From an uncultured Veillonellaceae bacterium (GTDB lineage: Bacteria; Bacillota; Negativicutes; Selenomonadales; Selenomonadaceae), in assembly GCA_900318215.1 (NCBI GenBank), contig ONJV01000023.1:1-40492 (forward strand): DNA of 40,492 nt. The letters are read 5' to 3'. The translations under genes and the position numbers were made by a program. The notes under the pieces are model-generated. The model made no database searches and was not told the DNA's origin. It was given only the letters and a program-made list of their open reading frames with translations. Positions within the stretch are counted from its first letter, which is position 1. Every line of letters begins with the position of its first letter. This document shows, in pieces, positions 33,347 through 40,492 of the stretch.

Positions 33347-34186
33347 TCAGACGTCCGCGAACTCGATGGCGGGCGCTTTTTCGATGAGGCCGTTCTGTTC
33401 GGCGAGGGCGTAGTACGTACGGAGGCCGTCGAGGTAGTCGTCTGCGAGGTCCCAGCGGATGACGCCGCCGAGGTATTCGTCGAGCTCGTGGTAGAGGAAC
33501 GGCTTCTCGTCGAGGACGGAGCGGATGGCTTCATCCTTGTGCGCGATGCCATAGGCGAAGCTCTCCTCGATGAGCGCGGCGGCGCGCCTCAGTCCTTCGG
33601 GCGAGCGGGCGGCAAAATCTTTCGTCGCGACCCAGAGGGCGTAGACCATCTTTTTGCCCGTGAGCTTCTTCCACTCGGCGCCGAGGTCGTAGGCGTAGAG
33701 CTGCGGGCTCGCGTGCCAGTAAAGGTAGAGCGCGTCGTCGCCGATGAAGAGCGCGGCGGTCTGGTCGTCAGGGATGGGATGCTCGGGCGAGAGGTTCTGC
33801 ACGGTGTAGCGCGGGTTGGCGCCGTAGCCGCTCCGGAGGATGATCTTGAGCAGCGCGTGCGAGGTTGCGCTCTTGGCCGTCAGCGCGATGGGGTCGTCCT
33901 CGAGCTCTTCGATGGGCTTTTTCGAGACGAGCAGGATGCTCTCGACGGGGCCGTCAGAAGAAACGCAGACATGCGGCAGCACGCAGAGCTTCTCGGCATG
34001 GCGCGCGTAGAGGATGGAAGAGACGTTGCTGATGTCGAGGCGGCCCGCCGCGATGTCGCTGTTGAGCACGGCCGGCACGCCGCGCCGGATGTCGAAAGCG
34101 CCCTCGTCGCCGCCGTGCTCGTATCCGTAAGCGAGCGGCAGGACGTTGAGAAAGTCGATGTGTCCGATTCTGGGCTTTTGCTGCAT
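33347..34186 (-). CDS. mqnA: Chorismate dehydratase (futalosine menaquinone pathway)
   Basis: RIGHIDFLNVLP, GPVESILL, SATS, IGDDAL, DLGAEW, VYALW. Confidence 0.88.
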   Translation of the reverse strand: MQQKPRIGHIDFLNVLPLAYGYEHGGDEGAFDIRRGVPAVLNSDIAAGRLDISNVSSILYARHAEKLCVLPHVCVSSDGPVESILLVSKKPIEELEDDPIALTAKSATSHALLKIILRSGYGANPRYTVQNLSPEHPIPDDQTAALFIGDDALYLYWHASPQLYAYDLGAEWKKLTGKKMVYALWVATKDFAARSPEGLRRAAALIEESFAYGIAHKDEAIRSVLDEKPFLYHELDEYLGGVIRWDLADDYLDGLRTYYALAEQNGLIEKAPAIEFADV

Positions 34187-34390
34187 AGAAAAACCTCCTT
34201 GCGATGTTGTCCCTTCCATTATATACGCCTGTGGGCGTGAGGCAAAGGGCTTTCTTTTTTGAAGTTTTTGGGATTATTTTCATGAAATCGTTTTCACTGG
34301 GACATTTCTCCTTGCAAATGAGGACAATACCTGCTATGATGATAACCAAATGTAATTGCTTTTGAGGAGATTCGAGGTGAAATAATAAAA

Positions 34391-36181
34391 ATGAAAGAGC
34401 TTTCTTTCGCGGTGAGCGATGCAGAGGAATTCTTGCCCGTGCTGGATTTCGTGCGAGATGCGGAGCGCCGGATGGGCGGGGCGCGCTCGGTGCTCGTGAT
34501 GCTCTGCGGGCCGCAGTCGGACCTGCCGCTGCTCCTGCAGCTGCGCAGCACGATCCAGCATGGGATGCCGGGGGCAAAGATTGCAGGCGTCGTGTCGGCA
34601 CGCGCGATTGCGGACGGCCATACGGAGGGCAGGAAGACGATTGTCTCGTTCCTGTTCTTCGAGGACAGCGTTGCAGATGTGCGACTCTACGATTTCGGTG
34701 CGGAGGACGTGGCTTCGGTGACATCGATGACGTTCGAGGTGCCGGCAGCTTCGGAAATTGTGGGGAGAAAGCTCGCTTCATTCCTGGCGGGAAAAGAACA
34801 TCTGCGGGCTGTCGGCCTCATCGCGGCAGGCGAGCGGCTCGACCTCGAGCCGGTGTTTGATGCATTCACGGGCGTGCCGGAAGATGTGGAGGTCTTCGGC
34901 GGCATCGCGGAGAACCGGCCGGGCAGCGGCTTCCTTTTCGATGCGGAGCACGCATGCACCTGCGGCCTGCTCGTGCTGACGTTTGCGGGCAAGGACCTTT
35001 CCGTTTCCGTACATTCGAGCTTCGGATGGAAGCCTTTGGGGCGTCCGATGAAAATCACGCGGATGAAGGACCCTTTCACGATTCAGGAAATCGACCACCG
35101 GCCCGCCATCGAAATCTACCAGACGTATCTTGGCCTTGGCCCCGACGAGGACATCCTGACGGGCATGCTGACGTTCCCACTGTTCCTCCATCGCGATGGG
35201 CTGACGCTCGCGCGTCATCCGCGGAGCTATGCGCCGGATGGCAGCGTCTATTATGCGGCGGACTTTTATGAGGGCGAGGAAGTGCAGCTCGCCTATGGCG
35301 ACCCGCAGGAAATCCTCGACACGGCCGACCAGCTGCAGATCGGCATGGCGCAGTTCCATCCGCAGTCCATCTTCTTCGTGAGCTGCGTCGCGCGCAGCCT
35401 GCTTTTGGAGGGGGATACGGAGCAGGAGCTCGCGATGAGCCGCTATGCGCCGTCGGCAGGTTTTTATGCCTATGGCGAATTCCTGCGCCGCAAGGACCGC
35501 ATCCTGACGTCGAACATGACGCTCGTGACGGTCGGCATGCGCGAGGGCGCGCCGAGCAAAGTGCCCATCGAGCTGCCACGGCGCATCTCGCATGTCGATG
35601 CGCGCACGGCCGTCATGCGCCATCTCGTGAATTTCGTCCAGCAGTCGATTGGCGAGCTCGAGGAAGCAAAGGAGCGCTACCGCCGCCTCGCACGCCACGA
35701 CCTCCTGACCGGACTCTTCAACCGCGGCACAACGGACGAGACGCTCGCGGAGATGGTCAAGGAAGCCGAGCATGAGAAAAAGCCGCTGACGGTGCTCATG
35801 ATGGACATCGACGATTTCAAGGGCATCAACGATTCGTGCGGCCACGACGAGGGCGATCGGGCGCTCCAGATTGTCGCGCGCATCCTGCAGGAGCAGACGC
35901 GCAAAGATGTCGATGTGCCGGGCCGCATGGGCGGCGATGAGTTCTTCGTCATCCTGCATGCGACGGGCGTGGAGCAGGCGCGGCAGGTCGCTGACCGCAT
36001 CCGCGCGGGCATCGAGGAGCGCGGCCTGCTGCCGGGCGGCCGCCGCATGACGGCGAGCATCGGCGGAGCGGAGTTCTTCCCCGGCGACACGCCGCAGCAG
36101 CTCTTCAAGCGCGCTGACGAGGCGCTTTATGCGGCAAAGCGCCAGGCAGGCAAGAACTCGGTCGCCTGGGCGTGTGATTGA
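34391..36181 (+). CDS. FIST-domain diguanylate cyclase
   Basis: FIST N/C motifs (VFGG, GWKPLG, EIDHRPA, SCVAR, GFYAYGE, NMTL); HDLLTGLFNR; MGGDEF. Confidence 0.9.
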   Translation: MKELSFAVSDAEEFLPVLDFVRDAERRMGGARSVLVMLCGPQSDLPLLLQLRSTIQHGMPGAKIAGVVSARAIADGHTEGRKTIVSFLFFEDSVADVRLYDFGAEDVASVTSMTFEVPAASEIVGRKLASFLAGKEHLRAVGLIAAGERLDLEPVFDAFTGVPEDVEVFGGIAENRPGSGFLFDAEHACTCGLLVLTFAGKDLSVSVHSSFGWKPLGRPMKITRMKDPFTIQEIDHRPAIEIYQTYLGLGPDEDILTGMLTFPLFLHRDGLTLARHPRSYAPDGSVYYAADFYEGEEVQLAYGDPQEILDTADQLQIGMAQFHPQSIFFVSCVARSLLLEGDTEQELAMSRYAPSAGFYAYGEFLRRKDRILTSNMTLVTVGMREGAPSKVPIELPRRISHVDARTAVMRHLVNFVQQSIGELEEAKERYRRLARHDLLTGLFNRGTTDETLAEMVKEAEHEKKPLTVLMMDIDDFKGINDSCGHDEGDRALQIVARILQEQTRKDVDVPGRMGGDEFFVILHATGVEQARQVADRIRAGIEERGLLPGGRRMTASIGGAEFFPGDTPQQLFKRADEALYAAKRQAGKNSVAWACD

Positions 36182-36258
36182 CAAGCTTTCGGCAACTGCC
36201 TATAATTGGACATAGGCAGTTGCTATTTTTTTGCAGAAATTTTGATTGATAGAATCAA
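36178..36258 (+). promoter_or_regulatory. Consensus promoter and putative MarR operator
   Basis: TTGACA(36178)-17nt-TATAAT(36201); palindrome TTGAT-AGA-ATCAA at 36246-36258. Confidence 0.7.
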
Positions 36259-36280
36259 CGAATCGGGAAGGGGCCATTCG

Positions 36281-36763
36281 ATGGATTACGTCAATATCGG
36301 CCGTTGGTTCACAATTCTGAATCGGCGCTCGCAGCTTTTCGTGACACAGTGCTGCAAGGATCTGAATATCACGTACTCGGAGTACGTGCTGCTCATCCGC
36401 ATCTACGATGCCGAGGGACTGAGCCAGGAGGAGCTCGCGAGCGTGCTGTTCCTCGACAAGGCCGTCGTGACGCGCTCGCTGACGCTTCTCGAGCAGAAAG
36501 GGCTCGTGCGTCGTGAGCAGGACACGCACGACCGGCGCGTCAAGCGCATCTTCCTGACGGAATACGCCAAGACGCAGAAAGAGTTTTTCCAAGGCATCAT
36601 CAAAGCGTGGGTGAAGTATCTCGCGGCGGGCATGGATGCGGCCGAGGTCGGCACGACGATCCAGGGCTTCCACGATGCGGCGACGCGCGCGTGCAATGCG
36701 GACATCCCGGCACTCGTCGAGACGATGAAGGCACAGAAAGAGGAGGAAGCTCCCCATGAATAA
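36281..36763 (+). CDS. MarR family transcriptional regulator
   Basis: SQEELASVLFLDKAVVTRSLTLLEQKGLVRR...DRRVKRIFLT; ATG at 36281. Confidence 0.9.
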   Translation: MDYVNIGRWFTILNRRSQLFVTQCCKDLNITYSEYVLLIRIYDAEGLSQEELASVLFLDKAVVTRSLTLLEQKGLVRREQDTHDRRVKRIFLTEYAKTQKEFFQGIIKAWVKYLAAGMDAAEVGTTIQGFHDAATRACNADIPALVETMKAQKEEEAPHE

Positions 36764-37856
36764 AAGAAAAAAAAGATTTTTGGGCGGGCAGAATCTGCGT
36801 GCCCTTTTCTGCTTGCTGATGATTCTTTGCCTGCCGCTGGCCGCAGGGTGCGGCAGCGAGCAGGCCGTCGAGCAGAAAGCGCCGCTTGTCAAATCCATGA
36901 CGGTCGGTGCGACGGATGGCGCGTCATCGGACACGTATGCAGGCACGGTGCGCGGCCGCTATGAGACAAACCTCTCGTTCCAGGTCGGCGGGCAGATTCT
37001 CGCGCGCAACGTGAATGTCGGCGACCGCGTGAGTGCGGGCGACGTGCTCATGGTCATCGACGCGAAGGACGTCGCGCAGAAAGCGAACCAGGGCGACGCC
37101 GCCGTCGCGTCGGCGAAAGCGCAGCTGAACCTCGCGCAGTCGAACCTCGCGCGCTATAGCGAACTCTACAATGAAGCCGCCGTTCCGGCCGCCGTGCTCG
37201 ACCAGTACCAGACGCAGTATGACGCGGCGTTCGCGGCGTACCAGAATGCACTCGCCGAGGCTGCGCAGGGGCATAACGCGCTCGGCTACACGAACCTCAC
37301 GGCAGGCGCGGACGGCGTTATCTCGGCCATGAGCGCCGAGGAAGGGCAGGTTGTCGCGGCTGGGCAGACCGTTGCGACGCTCGTCCAGACGGGCGAGCTC
37401 GAAATCGAAATCAACGTGCCCGAGAATCATCTCGCCGATGTTCCGGTCGGCCGCGAGGTCGCCATCGATTTCTGGGCGCTTTCGGGCCAGGCAGTCGGCA
37501 CGGTGCGCGAGGTCGCGCCGATGGCCGACAGCGCTGCGCGCACGTACAAAGTCCGCATTTCCGTGCCAAATCCGCCAGACGGCATGGAGCTCGGCATGAC
37601 GGCGAGCGTCCATGTGACGGGCGCGGTTGCCGCAAATGATGAAGGCTACCTCGTGCCGCTCGCGGCCATCTACCAGACGGGCGACAGCCCCGAAGTCTGG
37701 GTTGTCAGCGATGACGGCACGGTCGCGCTCCGGCCCGTGACCGTTGAGCAGTTTGACGACAACCAGGTGCGCGTGCATGGCGTCGCGGCGGGCACGACGA
37801 TCGTGACGGCGGGCGTCCACACCCTGCACGAAGGGCAGGAGGTTCGGTTGAAATGA
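36756..37856 (+). CDS. RND efflux periplasmic adaptor (lipoprotein)
   Basis: Lipobox LAAGC, LSFQVGG, LTAGADGVI, LGMTA. Confidence 0.92.
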   Translation: MNKRKKRFLGGQNLRALFCLLMILCLPLAAGCGSEQAVEQKAPLVKSMTVGATDGASSDTYAGTVRGRYETNLSFQVGGQILARNVNVGDRVSAGDVLMVIDAKDVAQKANQGDAAVASAKAQLNLAQSNLARYSELYNEAAVPAAVLDQYQTQYDAAFAAYQNALAEAAQGHNALGYTNLTAGADGVISAMSAEEGQVVAAGQTVATLVQTGELEIEINVPENHLADVPVGREVAIDFWALSGQAVGTVREVAPMADSAARTYKVRISVPNPPDGMELGMTASVHVTGAVAANDEGYLVPLAAIYQTGDSPEVWVVSDDGTVALRPVTVEQFDDNQVRVHGVAAGTTIVTAGVHTLHEGQEVRLK

Positions 37857-40492
37857 GGAATCTCACCGAAGTCTCCCTCAAGAACAAGGCACTCGTTTGG
37901 TACTTCATCATCATCACGGCGATTGGTGGCATTTTCTGCTACAATAAATTGGGCCGCATGGAAGATCCGCAGTTCACGATCCGCCAGATGGTCATCTCGG
38001 CCGCGTGGCCCGGCGCCTCAGCCGACGAGATGCAGGACCAGGTCACGGACAAGCTCGAAAAGAAGCTCCAAGACACGCCGGGCCTCGATCACATCAACAG
38101 CGAGACGCGCGCGGGCCAGACGGTCATCTACGTCAACCTCGCCGACGACGTGGACAAGGCGCAGATTCGCCAGACGTGGCGCGACGTGCGCAATTTCTGC
38201 GAGGACGAGAAGCGCGAGCTGCCGGACGGCGTCTATGGGCCATATTACAACGACCGCTTTGACGACGTCTATGGCACGGTCTATGCCGTGACGAGCGACG
38301 GCTACAGTTATGAAGAAATGCGCCGCGCGGCCGAGGATGCACGCCGCCTGCTCATGCAGGTGCCGAACGTCCAGAAAGTCGAGCTCGAGGGCGTGCAGGA
38401 AGAAAAGGTCTACGTCGAGGCTGAGACTGCGAAACTCATGGAGCTCGGCGTGAGCCCGAATGCCATCCTGCAGGCGCTCAAGACGCAGAACGAGATGACG
38501 GCGACGGGCAAGCTCGAAACGGCTTCCGACAACGTCTACCTGCGCGTCACGGGCACGTTTGACAATGTCGAGGACATCAAGGCGTTGCCCATCAACGCAA
38601 ATGGCAAGATTTTCCGCCTCGGCGACATCGCGAAGGTCGAGCGCCGCTCCATCGAGCCCGCGCAGCCGAGCATGTATTTCAATGGCGAGCGCGCCATCGG
38701 CATCGCCGTCTCGATGAAGGACGGCGGCAACGTGCTCGAGCTCGGCGAGAACCTCAAGAAAGAAGTCACGGCCATCGAGCAGAATCTGCCCGTCGGCCTC
38801 GAGATCCACAAGGTTTCCGACCAGCCGAGCGTCGTCAAGGACTCGATTCATGACTTCGTCAAGACGCTGTTCGAGGCCATCGTCATCGTGCTCGGCGTGA
38901 GCTTCCTCTCGCTCGGCCTCCGCACGGGCCTCGTTGTTGCGGGCTGCATCCCGCTCGTGCTCTGCGGCGTCTTTGTCGCGATGTACATGATCGGCATCGA
39001 CTTGCACAAGGTCTCGCTCGGGTCTCTCATTATCGCGCTCGGTCTGCTCGTTGACGACGCTATCATCGCCGTCGAGATGATGAGCGTCCAGCTCGAGCTC
39101 GGCCACAGCCGCTTCGATGCGGCGTGCTATGCATTCCGCGCGACGGCGAAACCGATGCTGACCGGCACGCTGATTACGTGCTGCGGCTTCATCCCCGTCG
39201 CGTTCTCGCAGGGCATGGCGAGCGAGTTCTGTGGCGCGCTGTTCCCCGTCATCGGCATCGCGCTCCTGCTGTCGTGGATTGTCTCCGTCATGGTCGCGCC
39301 GCTTTACGGCACATATCTCATCAAGGTCAACGCCGTGACGGACGAAAACGGCCGGCCCGCCCCATATCAGAGCCGATTCTACCAGTTCTTCCGCAGCGTG
39401 CTCGGCTGGTTCCTCACGCACAAGCGCATCGTGCTCGTCGGCACGGCCCTGCTGTTCGCCGTCTCCGTCTTCTCGATGAAATTCATCAAGCAGGAATTCT
39501 TCCCGGCGTCGCTGCGCCCGGAAATCGTCGTCGACCTCGAGCTCCCCGAGGGCTCGTCCATCGCCGCGACGCAGGCGGCCGCTGACCGCATGAGCGATTT
39601 CCTCGGCCAGCATATCGACGAAATGGACAACTATTCCTACTACGTCGGCCGCACGGCGCCACGCTTCGTGCTGCCCGTCACGCCGAAAGCTGACGCCGAC
39701 AACCTCGCGCAGTTCGTCATCGTCGCGAAAGATACCGCGACGCGCGAACAGCTCGCAGGCGAACTCCGCACGGCGTTTGCCGACGACTTTGGCGACGTCC
39801 GCGCGAAGCTCCGCTACATCCAGACAGGCCCGATGTACGAATATCCCGTCATGCTGCGCGTGACCGGCCTCACACCCGACGAGACGCGCGCACTCGCTGA
39901 AGAAGTCGCGAGCCGCGTCGCTGCCGACCCGAACAATACCGACGTCAACCTCGACTGGAACGAAAAGCAGAAGACTATGCACCTCGAGCTCGACCAGGAC
40001 AAGCTGCGCGCGATGGGCCTTTCCAGCCAGACCGTCTCGCAGACCATCTACACGGAGCTCACAGGCGCGACGGGCGCGCAGTTCTATGCAGGCGACCGCA
40101 CCGTCGACATCGACCTGCGCCTCGCCAAAGCCGACCGCAGCGACCTCGGCAAGATGAAGGAATTGCCGATTTATCTGGGCTCTGCGGGCTACGTGCCGCT
40201 CGGCCAGATTGCAAAGATTTCTTATGAAGCCGAAGACGGCCTCATCAAGCGCTACAACCTGCGCCCGACCATCACCGTGCAGGCAGGCGTCAAGAGCGGC
40301 ACGGCAAACGACGCGACGCAGCGCGCCTATGACGCGACGAAAGACCTGCGCGAAAATCTGCCGCTCGGCGCGAGCATCGAAAAAGCTGGCACGCTCGAAG
40401 ACAGCGAGAAATCCACGAAATGGCTCATGGGCCCCGTGCCCGCGATGGTCGTGCTGATTATGACGCTGCTGATGTTCCAGCTCCGGAGTGGC
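37853..40492 (+). CDS. RND efflux permease (AcrB/AcrD/AcrF family), runs off the window
   Basis: ATG overlaps the adaptor stop; MRNLTEVSLKNKALVWYF, EDPQFTIR, WPGAS, LGLLVDDAII, PMLTGTL; the same frame still reads as RND at the window end; absent from the ORF track because it has no stop. Confidence 0.93.
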   Translation, partial: MRNLTEVSLKNKALVWYFIIITAIGGIFCYNKLGRMEDPQFTIRQMVISAAWPGASADEMQDQVTDKLEKKLQDTPGLDHINSETRAGQTVIYVNLADDVDKAQIRQTWRDVRNFCEDEKRELPDGVYGPYYNDRFDDVYGTVYAVTSDGYSYEEMRRAAEDARRLLMQVPNVQKVELEGVQEEKVYVEAETAKLMELGVSPNAILQALKTQNEMTATGKLETASDNVYLRVTGTFDNVEDIKALPINANGKIFRLGDIAKVERRSIEPAQPSMYFNGERAIGIAVSMKDGGNVLELGENLKKEVTAIEQNLPVGLEIHKVSDQPSVVKDSIHDFVKTLFEAIVIVLGVSFLSLGLRTGLVVAGCIPLVLCGVFVAMYMIGIDLHKVSLGSLIIALGLLVDDAIIAVEMMSVQLELGHSRFDAACYAFRATAKPMLTGTLITCCGFIPVAFSQGMASEFCGALFPVIGIALLLSWIVSVMVAPLYGTYLIKVNAVTDENGRPAPYQSRFYQFFRSVLGWFLTHKRIVLVGTALLFAVSVFSMKFIKQEFFPASLRPEIVVDLELPEGSSIAATQAAADRMSDFLGQHIDEMDNYSYYVGRTAPRFVLPVTPKADADNLAQFVIVAKDTATREQLAGELRTAFADDFGDVRAKLRYIQTGPMYEYPVMLRVTGLTPDETRALAEEVASRVAADPNNTDVNLDWNEKQKTMHLELDQDKLRAMGLSSQTVSQTIYTELTGATGAQFYAGDRTVDIDLRLAKADRSDLGKMKELPIYLGSAGYVPLGQIAKISYEAEDGLIKRYNLRPTITVQAGVKSGTANDATQRAYDATKDLRENLPLGASIEKAGTLEDSEKSTKWLMGPVPAMVVLIMTLLMFQLRSG

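Overview
High-GC bacterial chromosomal window. Gene content and style suggest Negativicutes (Selenomonadaceae-like); this is inference only. From left to right: the 3' part of a 5S rRNA and 12 tRNAs; a MarR + HlyD + ABC-2 permease unit flanked by two copies of a covarying hairpin element; usp; an M48-TPR peptidase; a diguanylate cyclase; a trimeric [FeFe]-hydrogenase operon (hydCBA-like) whose catalytic gene has lost the third H-cluster motif by an internal deletion; small hypothetical genes; a LacI regulator; a hidden type I toxin-antitoxin-like module (29-aa hydrophobic peptide plus a ~78-nt sRNA) missed by the ORF track; a complete rseC-rnfCDGEAB operon; an AT-richer variable region (RhuM, DUF4160 pair with relics, R2K ATP-grasp, frameshifted SAP-domain gene, SIMPL, secreted protein); rpiB; an MCP; the conserved ffs-dnaX-ybaB-recR-bofA block with a short Alu-less SRP RNA; hsp20; mqnA; a FIST-GGDEF protein; and a MarR-RND efflux operon that runs off the window. 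Family calls come from motif recognition by eye. No database searches were run.
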